From: an uncultured Candidatus Actinomarina sp.
GTDB taxonomy: Bacteria > Actinomycetota > Acidimicrobiia > Actinomarinales > Actinomarinaceae
Length of the DNA: 64,000 bases
Direction of reading: 5' to 3'
Assembly (NCBI GenBank): GCA_902521955.1
Contig: CABYTP010000002.1
Coordinates: 55,404 to 119,403 of the forward strand
This document shows, piece by piece, positions 25,114 through 34,519 of this stretch. Each line of letters begins with the position of its first letter. Within the stretch, counting starts at the first letter, position 1. A model generated the notes under the pieces. That model saw nothing but the letters and a program-made list of their open reading frames with translations, had not been told where the DNA came from and did not search any database. The position numbers and the translations under genes are program-made.

Positions 25114-25143
25114 TTTGGTCCGAGCGATATAATATCTCCCAAA
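25114..25143 (-). promoter_or_regulatory. putative L1-binding mRNA hairpin upstream of rplA
   Basis: TTTGG-GAG...CTC-GGA-CCAAA irregular stem containing GGGAG, abutting the rplA SD. Confidence 0.5.
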
Positions 25144-25149
25144 AATTAT

Positions 25150-25575
25150 TTAGTTTTCTACAGTTACTCCCATTGATCTAGCAGTACCTGCAATTATATT
25201 TATTGCTGCATCTATATCATTAGCATTTAAATCTTCCATCTTTACTTCAGCTATATTTTTTAATTGGTCTCTAGTTATAGAACCTACTTTTTCCTTATGA
25301 GGTTCTGGTGAACCTGACTCTAAACTGATAGCCTTTTTAATTAAATAAGATGCGGGTGCTGTTTTAGTAACGAATGTAAAAGAATTATCTTCATATATTG
25401 TAATTTCGACAGGAACTGTTTCACCTTGGCGACTCGCAGTATCGTTATTAAAAGCTTGTACGAAGTCCATGATGTTAACTCCATATTGACCTAAAGCTGA
25501 ACCTACAGGTGGTGCTGGTGTTGCGCCGCCACCAGGTATTTGTAATTTAAGTAATGCTTTTATTGGTTTTGCCAT
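25150..25575 (-). CDS. rplK: 50S ribosomal protein L11
   Basis: [22 protein letters not shown]. Confidence 0.98.
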   Translation of the reverse strand: MAKPIKALLKLQIPGGGATPAPPVGSALGQYGVNIMDFVQAFNNDTASRQGETVPVEITIYEDNSFTFVTKTAPASYLIKKAISLESGSPEPHKEKVGSITRDQLKNIAEVKMEDLNANDIDAAINIIAGTARSMGVTVEN

Positions 25576-25583
25576 AATCTTTC

Positions 25584-26213
25584 CTAATTTTTTACTATGT
25601 CTGTAAAGCCTAACTCTACAGGTGTTTCCCGTCCAAATATATTAACTAAAACTGTGACTTTTGATTGATCTAAATTAATTTCTTCAATAATTCCATTAAA
25701 GTCTGCAAATGGTCCAGTAGTAACTCGTACTGTTTCTCCCACTTCAAAGTCTGGTTTAAATTTAGGAGATTCTTTTTTAAGTTCAACTTCTTCATTGGAT
25801 CCTAAAATTCTTTCAATTTCTCTCCTGGATAAAGAAATAGGAACTTTTCCAGATCCAACAAAACCGATAATTGAGGGGGTATTTCTAATTTCGTACCAGG
25901 TTGTGTCATCAAGATCCATTCTGACTAGAACGTATCCTGGAAATGTTTTCTTTTCTAAATTAACTTTTTTACCATTCCTAATTTCAACAACCTCGTCAGT
26001 TGGAATAACAACATCGTAAACTTTGTCTTCAAGATGAAGGTTTTTTATTCTTGTAAGAATATTGGTTCTAACTTTTTTTTCATGTCCTGATTGGGCATTT
26101 AATACATACCATTCACCAGGTAAATCATAAGGGTGTGTGGGAGCAGATTCTACCTCTAGAACCTCTTCTTCAGAATTTTCTACTTCTTCTGTTGTTGCTG
26201 TTTCTTCTAACAT
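25584..26213 (-). CDS. nusG: transcription termination/antitermination factor NusG
   Basis: [27 protein letters not shown]. Confidence 0.98.
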   Translation of the reverse strand: MLEETATTEEVENSEEEVLEVESAPTHPYDLPGEWYVLNAQSGHEKKVRTNILTRIKNLHLEDKVYDVVIPTDEVVEIRNGKKVNLEKKTFPGYVLVRMDLDDTTWYEIRNTPSIIGFVGSGKVPISLSRREIERILGSNEEVELKKESPKFKPDFEVGETVRVTTGPFADFNGIIEEINLDQSKVTVLVNIFGRETPVELGFTDIVKN

Positions 26214-26515
26214 TATCCTCCGAAAGATAACAGATTAATCAAAGTATTTTTAAAACTAAAGTCCATTCCAAAAATAAAAATTGTAAAAAAAGCAATCGTA
26301 ACAATAGTAACGACAGTAAAAGATGTCAGGGTTGAAGAGGTAGGCCAATTAACTCTTTTCAATTCTGTTTTTACTTCTCCTAAGTAGTTAGCAACTCTTT
26401 TGAGCCTTGAAACTTTTTCTCCAGATTGGTACTTTCCAACATTTCTGTCAGATTTCTTTGCCAGACGCTCTTCACGCTCTGACATTCTTCTCATTTCTCT
26501 ATTCATTTCATTCAT
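26213..26515 (-). CDS. secE: preprotein translocase SecE
   Basis: EVKTELKRVNWPT plus TM helix; start moved downstream of tRNA-Trp. Confidence 0.93.
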   Translation of the reverse strand: MNEMNREMRRMSEREERLAKKSDRNVGKYQSGEKVSRLKRVANYLGEVKTELKRVNWPTSSTLTSFTVVTIVTIAFFTIFIFGMDFSFKNTLINLLSFGG

Positions 26516-26526
26516 AATTACCTCTG

Positions 26527-26600
26527 CAGGGGCGGTGAGACTCGAACTCACAACCTACGGTTTTGGAGACCGTCGCTCTGCCAATTAGAGCTACACCCCT
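26527..26600 (-). tRNA. tRNA-Trp(CCA)
   Basis: AGGGGTG acceptor, ACGGT-CTCCAAA-ACCGT anticodon arm, GTTCGAG T-loop; 3' CCA not encoded. Confidence 0.97.
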
Positions 26601-26603
26601 TAG

Positions 26604-26978
26604 CTATTGCTCTTTCTCTAAATTGTTAGACGAGCGCTTCTTTCCAAATATTAAAAATAGAATTGATAATATTCCGAGCAATGTCAATAATATTATTTTT
26701 GTGCTCTTACTTGTAGTAGTTTTTACTTTTTTATCTAGAGATGACATTACTTTTGATGCAAAATCTGATGGAACTTCTATATCTTTATTTAACTCATTAT
26801 CTAATTCCTCTTTAAAGGCTTTGTATCGTTTACCAGCAACTTGACATTTAATACAAGAAGAAGCATGGATATTGTCATCAAATCCAAAGTACGAATTACT
26901 CAAATAAGAAGAAAGCATCTTGTTTCTTGTTCTTTTGCATAGAATATTTTTTTTAAAGTTAAAAAGAAAATTTTTCAT
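26604..26978 (-). CDS. zinc-binding (ZAS) membrane anti-sigma factor
   Basis: HASSCIKC = HxxxCxxC, upstream Cys, one C-terminal TM helix; ATGA overlap with ECF sigma. Confidence 0.8.
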   Translation of the reverse strand: MKNFLFNFKKNILCKRTRNKMLSSYLSNSYFGFDDNIHASSCIKCQVAGKRYKAFKEELDNELNKDIEVPSDFASKVMSSLDKKVKTTTSKSTKIILLTLLGILSILFLIFGKKRSSNNLEKEQ

Positions 26979-27559
26979 CTATCAACCTCTTCTAAAATAA
27001 GCCTTAATTTCTGATGTGCTCTATGAAGTCTTACTTTTGCAGCAGTGACACTAATGTCTAAATAGTCAGCAATTTCTTTATGTGACCTACCTTCAATATT
27101 TTTAAGTTCAACAATTATTCTCTGTTCTATAGGAAGCTTGTCCAAAGCATTAACTAAGACAGAAGACAAGTCAGAATTGATAGCAACTAGTTCAGGGTCT
27201 TTTTTTTCATCAATAACAATTGGCTCATATGTATCATCAATATTTAAAGTATTGTGTTTTTTTGCTTTTTTTCTTAATGTCCAAGCCGTATTGACAGTTA
27301 TTCGGTAAATCCATGTACTAAAAGTAGAATCACCTCTAAATTTTTCAATTGCTTTCCAAGCCCTAATAAAAGATTCTTGTGCAACATCATTAGCCATCTC
27401 TCTATTGCCGGTCAGCTTGTATGCTAAAGAAAAAACAAGTTCCTGATGTCTAATTACAAGCTGTTCAAATGCAGCTTTTTCTCCTAATTGGGATTTTTTA
27501 ACAAGTTCGGAATTAGATATTCCCTCACCGCTATTGTTCAATTTAGATATAGTACTCAT
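26975..27559 (-). CDS. ECF RNA polymerase sigma factor (RpoE/SigE-like)
   Basis: DVAQESFIRAW, FRGDSTFSTWIYRITVN, SHKEIADYL..SVTAAKVRLHRA. Confidence 0.93.
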   Translation of the reverse strand: MSTISKLNNSGEGISNSELVKKSQLGEKAAFEQLVIRHQELVFSLAYKLTGNREMANDVAQESFIRAWKAIEKFRGDSTFSTWIYRITVNTAWTLRKKAKKHNTLNIDDTYEPIVIDEKKDPELVAINSDLSSVLVNALDKLPIEQRIIVELKNIEGRSHKEIADYLDISVTAAKVRLHRAHQKLRLILEEVDR

Positions 27560-27596
27560 TCCTTTAACTAAGAATAATTATGAAAAAACAATAAAG

Positions 27597-27758
27597 CTAT
27601 CTTTTTTCTCTATGAAGTTGATGTTTTCTACAAATAGAACAATATTTATTAAATTCCATTCTGTCAGGAACATTTGTCTTGTTTTTTGTAGTCACGTAAT
27701 TATGTGCTTTACACTCTGTGCAAATCATTGTTAAAGGTGGTCTCTTGTCTGAAGCCAT
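27597..27758 (-). CDS. rpmG: 50S ribosomal protein L33, zinc-ribbon (C+) form; missed by ORF track
   Basis: Manual translation [59 protein letters not shown]. Confidence 0.96.
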   Translation of the reverse strand: MASDKRPPLTMICTECKAHNYVTTKNKTNVPDRMEFNKYCSICRKHQLHREKR

Positions 27759-27780
27759 CTTCTTCTCCTTTTTTAACTTG

Positions 27781-27854
27781 TAGCGGCGGGCAGACTTGAA
27801 CTGCCGACCTCACGATTATGAGTCGTGCGCTCTTACCAACTGAGCTACGCCGCC
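27781..27854 (-). tRNA. tRNA-Met(CAT), elongator type
   Basis: GGCGGCG acceptor, CACGA-CTCATAA-TCGTG arm; no encoded CCA. Confidence 0.93.
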
Positions 27855-27876
27855 ATAAGACTTAGTTTAGCCTCTG

Positions 27877-27949
27877 AGCCCTCTTCCGGGATTGAACCGG
27901 AGACCTCTTCCTTACCATGGAAGTGCTCTACCGACTGAGCTAAGAGGGC
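27877..27949 (-). tRNA. tRNA-Thr(GGT)
   Basis: GCCCTCT acceptor, CTTCC-ATGGTAA-GGAAG arm; no encoded CCA. Confidence 0.96.
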
Positions 27950-27953
27950 AAAG

Positions 27954-28035
27954 TGCCGAGAGTAGGATTCGAACCTACGAAGGCGTAGCCGGCAGATTTA
28001 CAGTCTGCTCCCTTTGGCCGCTCGGGCATCTCGGC
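27954..28035 (-). tRNA. tRNA-Tyr(GTA)
   Basis: GCCGAGA acceptor, GCAGA-CTGTAAA-TCTGC arm, long variable arm; no encoded CCA. Confidence 0.96.
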
Positions 28036-28114
28036 ATAACAATAAAGTCTATATAGAGTTTAGATTATAAATAAAAATTAGTGAGATGAATTTTTATTTG
28101 ATTAGGATTATTTT

Positions 28115-29101
28115 ATGGATAAAAAAATACATAAATTAATTAATAAATGGCTTGATAACCATGTTATTTCTCAATCTGTATATGACGAAATTCTAAAGTT
28201 TGAAAAAGATGCAAATCCATCACAAAAATCCAAAGTTGCCAGAGCAATAACATTAATAGGTAGCCTTTTTGTACTTTCTGGTTTACTTGGAACCCTGCCA
28301 CTAATTTGGGACAATTTAGCTTATTGGGCACAATTAATCCTTTTAATTGTAACAACTACGTTTTTAATTTATGCAGCAAACTATAGTGAAAAATTTGAAG
28401 ACAGAAATTTATTTATATTTAAATCTTCTGAGAGGGTTTCGTCTGTTCTTTATCTAATATCAACTATTTCATTTGCGTCAGTTGTTGTGTTCTCCTTAAA
28501 TATTTTGAGTACAACAAAACTGGTCAACTTTTCAGATGATACTTCAATTTTAATAGCTTCCTTTTTTGTTCTAATTTATGCAATATATTTATATATAAGG
28601 ACAGGATTAATTTTTCAACACATTGCTCTCTTTTACACATCAATATTTTTCTTAGGATCATTAGGTAATTTAATTTTTCCAAATATAGAACCATGGGCTG
28701 GTGGTTTGTTCTTGTTTTCAACTGGTTTGATTTGGGGTCTTTACACTCTGAATGAAGTTCTTGAACCAAGTTGGTTAGGATATTTACTTGCATCATCAAC
28801 TCTTTCAATTGGCTCAATAATTTTTATTAACGATCTAGTTGGAAGTAATAATTTACTAGAAATTATCTTGCTTATATTTGGTTCCGTTATTTTTGTATGG
28901 GGAAGCATTAAACTTTCTGAGCAAGTCATATTCTTTATAGGCGGTCTAGGTTTAATCATTAATCTTCCAAGACTAATAACTGAGTTACTTCCTGATAATA
29001 TCTGGCCTCCTTTGATTTTATTCATGGTGGGTGGAGTATTAGTTGCTGTTGGACTTTATTTAAATTCCATAAGAGAAAATTTAAAAATTAATGCCAAATA
29101 A
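28115..29101 (+). CDS. multi-pass membrane protein, DUF2157-like
   Basis: N-terminal W..N.VIS..VY..I motif, IWDNL, about 10 hydrophobic helices. Confidence 0.65.
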   Translation: MDKKIHKLINKWLDNHVISQSVYDEILKFEKDANPSQKSKVARAITLIGSLFVLSGLLGTLPLIWDNLAYWAQLILLIVTTTFLIYAANYSEKFEDRNLFIFKSSERVSSVLYLISTISFASVVVFSLNILSTTKLVNFSDDTSILIASFFVLIYAIYLYIRTGLIFQHIALFYTSIFFLGSLGNLIFPNIEPWAGGLFLFSTGLIWGLYTLNEVLEPSWLGYLLASSTLSIGSIIFINDLVGSNNLLEIILLIFGSVIFVWGSIKLSEQVIFFIGGLGLIINLPRLITELLPDNIWPPLILFMVGGVLVAVGLYLNSIRENLKINAK

Positions 29102-29858
29102 ACGTCTTCTTTTTATTTCTACAGGAATTCTTTTAGTTACTACTTTAATAGTTGGTATGTTTGGGGTGGTACCTCTACCTGAATATGATTTAATTACAGA
29201 AGATTATAATTTTGAAGGAAAGGTCATTTATCATGTTGAAGTTCAAACAAAAAATATTATCCCACCAGCTCCAGATATTATGGATAATTGCATTTTATAT
29301 GTAGATCTTTCAGAAAAACCTATAAAAGAAAAAAAGATAATTTGTAATAGTGATCTTTATGACTATTCATACGATATTTATTTTTATGATGCTGAAATAT
29401 ATCAAGAAAACAGCATTCTTTTGAGATACTGGGATTCACAATCGGATAATGAACAAAAAGCCCTATTGGTAAATATTGACACTGGTCAAGTAACTGATGA
29501 AATAGCACTCAATTTTTCAAATTATGAAAATAATAAAATGAACGTCTACGGTGAAAAATTAATTGAACCTTGGGATACATCTGATTATGAAACAAGATTA
29601 ATTGGAATCTACTATGTAAATAGAACTGAAACAATAGAAGTTTTTAGTTCGAAAGCCCCTACTAATTATTATTATGAATCTCTCCATTGGTCACCAGATG
29701 GAAATAATATCATTGCCGGTGACTCAGAAAATAATCTCATCATATTTTCAAAAGATAAAACATCTAAGCCCGCGCAAATAGATTTTGAAAATTTGCAAAT
29801 TGAGATGTTTGATGATGATAGAAGAGTGTTAATTGGTGTATTGGGATGGACAAATTAA
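29091..29858 (+). CDS. membrane-anchored acidic exported protein with WD40/TolB-like beta repeat
   Basis: N-terminal TM; SLHWSPDGNNIIAGDSEN blade-like motif. Confidence 0.55.
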   Translation: MPNKRLLFISTGILLVTTLIVGMFGVVPLPEYDLITEDYNFEGKVIYHVEVQTKNIIPPAPDIMDNCILYVDLSEKPIKEKKIICNSDLYDYSYDIYFYDAEIYQENSILLRYWDSQSDNEQKALLVNIDTGQVTDEIALNFSNYENNKMNVYGEKLIEPWDTSDYETRLIGIYYVNRTETIEVFSSKAPTNYYYESLHWSPDGNNIIAGDSENNLIIFSKDKTSKPAQIDFENLQIEMFDDDRRVLIGVLGWTN

Positions 29859-30811
29859 TTAAAAGGTTTTTTTGGCCTTACTCCAATCTCGCTGATTACA
29901 TAAGCTGCGCTCTTATTAGCAATTTCAGCAGATTCATTTATAGATAATTTTTTTTGAAGACCGTATAGATACCCTGCAGCAAAAAAATCTCCTGCGCCAG
30001 TTTTATCATTAACTATTGTATCCGTTGCCCCAAAACTATACTCTTGATCATTTGCTAAAATCAAGACTCCCTCTGGACCAAGAGTGCATATTAGCTGTTC
30101 GACATTAGGAAAGTTTTCTAAGAAGTGTTTAATTGAACCATTAGTGGAATCAGATTGAAAAAGGCTATTTAGTTCGTCCTCATTGCAGAAAACATAATCG
30201 ATATTGCTTTTGATGAATTCAATAAAACTATCTCTATGGAGGTCAACGCAAAATACATCTGACAAACTTATAGCATTTTTCCCTCCTGTTTCTTTATTGT
30301 GTTTAGCAGCCTGTAAAAAAGCAGACTTACTTGATGGTTTATCCCATAAATATCCTTCCATATAAACAATTTCTGCTTTTTCTAATTCATCATTGTCTAA
30401 ATCTTCAACTGATAAATGCTCTCCTGCTCCAAGATATGTATTCATAGTTCTTTCTCCATCTGGAGTAATAAAAATTGCACAAAGACCCGTTTGATTGTTT
30501 TCATTTTCATAGACGGTTAAATCTTTTAGGCCTGAATCTTTTAAACTTGATTGGAACTGTTCTCCAAGATCGTCGTTTGATATTTTTCCAATAAATCCTG
30601 CTTGTCCACCAAGTTGGGAAATCCAGTATGCAGTATTAGCAGCAGATCCGCCAGCTTCATAAACTGGATTATTCATATTATGAAGAAGAAAGTTTGAACG
30701 ATCTTTGTCTACTAGAGTCATTCTTGCTTTATTTAAATTTAATTCATCAATTTTAGACTCTTCAATTTGCTGTAAAGAATCAACAAGAGCATTGCCAATA
30801 CAAATTATCAC
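29855..30811 (-). CDS. adenosine kinase / PfkB-family sugar kinase
   Basis: GNALVD, GGSAANT, TPDGERTMNTYLGA, DKTGAGDFFAAG. Confidence 0.9.
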   Translation of the reverse strand: MIICIGNALVDSLQQIEESKIDELNLNKARMTLVDKDRSNFLLHNMNNPVYEAGGSAANTAYWISQLGGQAGFIGKISNDDLGEQFQSSLKDSGLKDLTVYENENNQTGLCAIFITPDGERTMNTYLGAGEHLSVEDLDNDELEKAEIVYMEGYLWDKPSSKSAFLQAAKHNKETGGKNAISLSDVFCVDLHRDSFIEFIKSNIDYVFCNEDELNSLFQSDSTNGSIKHFLENFPNVEQLICTLGPEGVLILANDQEYSFGATDTIVNDKTGAGDFFAAGYLYGLQKKLSINESAEIANKSAAYVISEIGVRPKKPFN

Positions 30812-30820
30812 AGCTAAATT

Positions 30821-31171
30821 TTAGATGATTTGTCCAGGTTTTCCTTCAGAATTAAAAATTTTTTCTGTAAAGTTTTGAAGATCTTTCATCCCTCCTGATA
30901 GGTTATAAGATTCAATATCTTGAGATGTTATAAAATTAGTCACCCTGCCAGATCTAGCACCCGAACGACAAACAAAAATATACTTTTCACTATCTTTAAA
31001 TCTATCCATGCTTTCAGTGATAATGCCCATAGGTATGTGCTCGGCGCTTTGGTGGTGACCTGCATTCCATTCATCTTGTTCTCGGACGTCAATAAGCTTA
31101 AAGCCATCTTGAATTAAATTTTCAAGTTGTTCTGGCTCAATAGAAGGTGTGTCACTAATACCGGATACCAC
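30821..31171 (-). CDS. single-domain rhodanese
   Basis: LIDVREQDEWNAGH, FVCRSGARS, NLSGGM; exact start uncertain. Confidence 0.88.
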   Translation of the reverse strand: MVSGISDTPSIEPEQLENLIQDGFKLIDVREQDEWNAGHHQSAEHIPMGIITESMDRFKDSEKYIFVCRSGARSGRVTNFITSQDIESYNLSGGMKDLQNFTEKIFNSEGKPGQII

Positions 31172-31991
31172 TTTGACGCTGCCTTAATCTTTTAACTCTT
31201 TCAATAGTTGGAGGATGTGTAGAAAATAATTTACTGAAGCTATTTCCAGAAAAAGCTTTTAAAGGGTCGGAAATAAACAATGAACTAACAGCTGGATTTA
31301 CATTCATAGGGACTTTTGAAAATCTATCAATCTTTTCAAGTGCAGATGCTAAAGCTAAGGGATTACCCGAAATTTCTGCTCCAGTTTTATCTGCTCCAAA
31401 TTCTCTAGTTCTTGAGATTGCCATTCTGATGATTAAAGATGCTATCGGAGCAGCAATAAAAGCGATGACAATGATGGCTGGATGGGTATTTCTATTTCTG
31501 TTTCCACCACCCCAAAATGCCATCCTAGACATAAAGGAAACTGCGGCAGCTAACATCGCTGCAATGCTTGAAACTAATATATCTCTGTTTTTTATGTGTG
31601 ACAGCTCATGAGCGAGAACCCCTTCGAGTTCATCTCTATTTAGTAAAGTTAATATACCTGTTGTAACAGCTACTTTAGCATTTTTAGGATTCCTTCCAGT
31701 AGCAAATGCGTTGGGTTGATCGCTATCAATTACAAATAATTCAGGCATAGGCATCTTCTCTTTTTGAACAAGATGAGAGATTATTTGAGTAACATCTTGA
31801 AACTCCCCAGTTTCTATAGGTCTAGCTCTTGTTGATTTAATAGCTAAACTGCCGGAAAAAAAATAAATAAAAAAATTAAATACAAGAGCAAAAAATAGTG
31901 CGGATACTAAATCAAAACCAAAGGCAGTTGCTGAGAATAAAACAACTAATGTCATTAAAGTAAGTAATGCAGTAGTTTTTACAAAGTTCAT
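31155..31991 (-). CDS. htpX: membrane zinc metalloprotease HtpX (M48)
   Basis: PNAFATGRNP, AHELSH, SRTREFGAD, FSTHPP. Confidence 0.95.
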   Translation of the reverse strand: MNFVKTTALLTLMTLVVLFSATAFGFDLVSALFFALVFNFFIYFFSGSLAIKSTRARPIETGEFQDVTQIISHLVQKEKMPMPELFVIDSDQPNAFATGRNPKNAKVAVTTGILTLLNRDELEGVLAHELSHIKNRDILVSSIAAMLAAAVSFMSRMAFWGGGNRNRNTHPAIIVIAFIAAPIASLIIRMAISRTREFGADKTGAEISGNPLALASALEKIDRFSKVPMNVNPAVSSLFISDPLKAFSGNSFSKLFSTHPPTIERVKRLRQRQSGIRY

Positions 31992-32015
31992 AATTATATT
32001 ATAAAAAACTTAAAT

Positions 32016-33035
32016 TTATATTTTTTCAGCAACTAAACAATAAAAGCCACCTAAGCCGTTGGAGTCAAGAATGGCTTTCAAACCATTAAGTTCTGAATTT
32101 ATTTTTAATCTCTCGATGCCTTCAAGACTGGTGTATTGGTTTTTTAAATCATCATAAATATCGTTAAAACCATTTTCTAACAGAAACTCCCTTTGTTGTT
32201 TTAGAGATACGTTATAGCCAAGAGCTTTTAAATTTTCTTTTACCGCAGAAAAATTAATATCATAAGTGATATCAACATTTCCAGGATCATCTATAGGATC
32301 AACCGATAAATGGTGTTTCTTATAAGTCCTTAGAAGAGATTTGTACTTTCTTTTCTTTCTGTTTTTTTGTTCATAACCGTAGTCAAAAAATAAAAAACTT
32401 TTTGGCTGGAACCTACTAACTAAATTAGCAATTAAATTATCAATATTTGTCTGTAGTTCTACTTCATAAATTTTATTAGGTTCAATTTTATTTAAATTAA
32501 TCCAATTAAGTTGCTCATCTCTTATCGGTTGATAAGCATAGCTGAAATCATCTTTACTGATATCAACTACTTTTTCATACCAATCATTTTCTCTATACAC
32601 ACCTATTGAGCATGGAATATTATCTAATATTTCATTTCCATAAACCAAGTCTGCACTCAAGATATTTAGATCCTCATAAGATTTAACACTTAATATTCCT
32701 TTATTATGAATTACTTTTCTAGCAGTACTAGAAAGCTCAACTGCAGTTATGTTTTTTAAACCTATCTGCTCAATTAATGATCCAGTGCCTGACCCAAATT
32801 CAACAATATTTTCATGAAAGTTTTTACTATCAATCCAGCTTCTAATAACTACTCCAAAGTATTTTGATACTTCAGGAGATGTTAAAAAATCTCCTTTTTC
32901 TGAAGATCTCACATTATCGGTATTAAAAAAACCTAATTCAGAATAAAGTGCCTCTTCCATGAAGGTATCAAAATATATAAATTCATTCCTATGATATTTG
33001 CTTTTAATGTAAGAAGTAAAGTTAGCTGTTGACAA
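32016..33035 (-). CDS. SAM-dependent methyltransferase, NDUFAF7/MidA (DUF185) family
   Basis: FDTFMEEALY, DFLTSPEVSKYFG, VEFGSGTG, NEILDNIP, FDYG, DITYDINF. Confidence 0.87.
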   Translation of the reverse strand: MSTANFTSYIKSKYHRNEFIYFDTFMEEALYSELGFFNTDNVRSSEKGDFLTSPEVSKYFGVVIRSWIDSKNFHENIVEFGSGTGSLIEQIGLKNITAVELSSTARKVIHNKGILSVKSYEDLNILSADLVYGNEILDNIPCSIGVYRENDWYEKVVDISKDDFSYAYQPIRDEQLNWINLNKIEPNKIYEVELQTNIDNLIANLVSRFQPKSFLFFDYGYEQKNRKKRKYKSLLRTYKKHHLSVDPIDDPGNVDITYDINFSAVKENLKALGYNVSLKQQREFLLENGFNDIYDDLKNQYTSLEGIERLKINSELNGLKAILDSNGLGGFYCLVAEKI

Positions 33036-33038
33036 GTT

Positions 33039-34517
33039 TTAATTGCCAAAAAATATTGATGACACTTCACCAAGATAGCTAAAAATTCCTGGAAAAATTC
33101 CTGAAATGAATGTTATTAACACGGTAAAAACTCCCACTACTTTTAAGGGGCTCTCAAATTTAAAGCTAGTTTCTGAATCTACATCCTTCAACTCATCCAT
33201 CCATATAACTTTTGAAATTCTTGCATAGTACACCAAAGCTATAACAGCATTTACTGCGCCAACAATTCCTAGTGTTAATCCTATTGGTTCACCCGTACTG
33301 AGCATACTTCTGAATACAACAAATTTTGCAAACCAACCACCTAGTGGGGGTATGCCAGCCAAGGAAAAAAAGAAAATTGTTGTTAAGACTCCTGTAATAG
33401 GTGATTTTTTTGCTATTCCTCCCCATTCATAAAAATTGGTTGATCCTGCATGGTTACTAAATAATTGAACAGTAAGGAATGCACCTAAATTCATAAATGC
33501 ATAAATAATTAGATAAGTGACACTAGCAAATATTCCATCTTGAAAGTTACCCGTAATACCGGCAACAGAAAGTGGGGCTAATATAAAACCTGCCTGTGCA
33601 ATTGAAGAGTATGCAAGAAGCCTAACTGGGTTAGATTGTTGTAATGCAACAAGATTGCCAAGCGTCATAGTTAGTCCTGCAATAATCGCCAAAATTACTC
33701 CCCAGCTTTCACCAGCACTACTAAAGACTTTTGTGAGCAAAATTATAAGCGCAACAAAACCAGTTGCTTTAGAACTTACAGATAAATAAGCAGTTACGGG
33801 TAATGGAGCTCCCTCATATGTATCTGGTGCCCATGAATGAAAGGGAACAATAGAGATTTTAAATCCTATTCCCGAAATTACCAATATTGCACTTAGCAAT
33901 AACACCGGTGAGGATTGAAGTGCTCCATTAATGATAAATGTAGATATTTCAGAAAAAACAATTTTTCCAGTTAAACCATAGAGAAGTGAAAATCCGTAAA
34001 GTATCAAAGATGCTGACAAAACACCAAGTAAGAAAAATTTTATAGCACCTTCATTAGACTTCCTGTCTCCTTTTTTCCAACCAGAGAGAAGAAACATTGG
34101 AGTGGATGCTAATTCTATTCCAATAAAAATGGTGAGTAAGTCTCTAGATGAGCTGACAATGAGTGCGCCCAAGAGAGAGCTCAACAAAAGATAGTAATAT
34201 TCTCCTTGATAATATTTATCACTTTCTATGAAGTTAATTGAAAGAAGAAATGTTAAATATGTTATCAAAATGAAAAGGCCTTTAAAAATAATAGAAAATT
34301 TATCAACAACAAAACTATCTTCAAATGCATATATTGGATTTGTATAGTTAACCCACTGGACTACAAGAGGTGCAAGTGAAAATAGAGTTCCTAAAAGTGC
34401 AAAAGCAGCTACATAGTACTTCGATCTTCTCGGAAGTATTAGGTCTAAAATCAAAGTACCAACTATTGTAAAAACTACAATAAGTTCAGTAGATATTGCA
34501 AAGTAATTTATAGAAAT
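33039..34517 (-). CDS. nuoN: NADH-quinone oxidoreductase subunit N (cluster 1)
   Basis: EGAIKFFLLG, FKISIVPFHSWAPDTYEGAP; frame open upstream to ATT at 34517 (see findings). Confidence 0.93.
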   Translation of the reverse strand: MSINYFAISTELIVVFTIVGTLILDLILPRRSKYYVAAFALLGTLFSLAPLVVQWVNYTNPIYAFEDSFVVDKFSIIFKGLFILITYLTFLLSINFIESDKYYQGEYYYLLLSSLLGALIVSSSRDLLTIFIGIELASTPMFLLSGWKKGDRKSNEGAIKFFLLGVLSASLILYGFSLLYGLTGKIVFSEISTFIINGALQSSPVLLLSAILVISGIGFKISIVPFHSWAPDTYEGAPLPVTAYLSVSSKATGFVALIILLTKVFSSAGESWGVILAIIAGLTMTLGNLVALQQSNPVRLLAYSSIAQAGFILAPLSVAGITGNFQDGIFASVTYLIIYAFMNLGAFLTVQLFSNHAGSTNFYEWGGIAKKSPITGVLTTIFFFSLAGIPPLGGWFAKFVVFRSMLSTGEPIGLTLGIVGAVNAVIALVYYARISKVIWMDELKDVDSETSFKFESPLKVVGVFTVLITFISGIFPGIFSYLGEVSSIFFGN

Positions 34518-34519
34518 TT

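Noticed and set aside
2973..26551. Extended N-termini given by the ORF track for rpmD, rplF, rpsH, rplJ and secE
   Set aside because: Extensions overlap upstream genes, leader RNA or tRNA; downstream ATGs match family N-termini
1640..26844. Many 60-105 aa plus-strand ORFs antisense to ribosomal, rpo, fus and tuf genes
   Set aside because: Shadow frames of conserved genes; no motifs or RBS, and two overlap tRNA-Trp
27534..27734. 66-aa plus-strand ORF in the track
   Set aside because: Antisense to rpmG and the sigma 5' end; rpmG explains the region
26527..29858. tRNA cluster as an integration site for a mobile element
   Set aside because: No integrase or transposase and no duplicated tRNA 3' end seen
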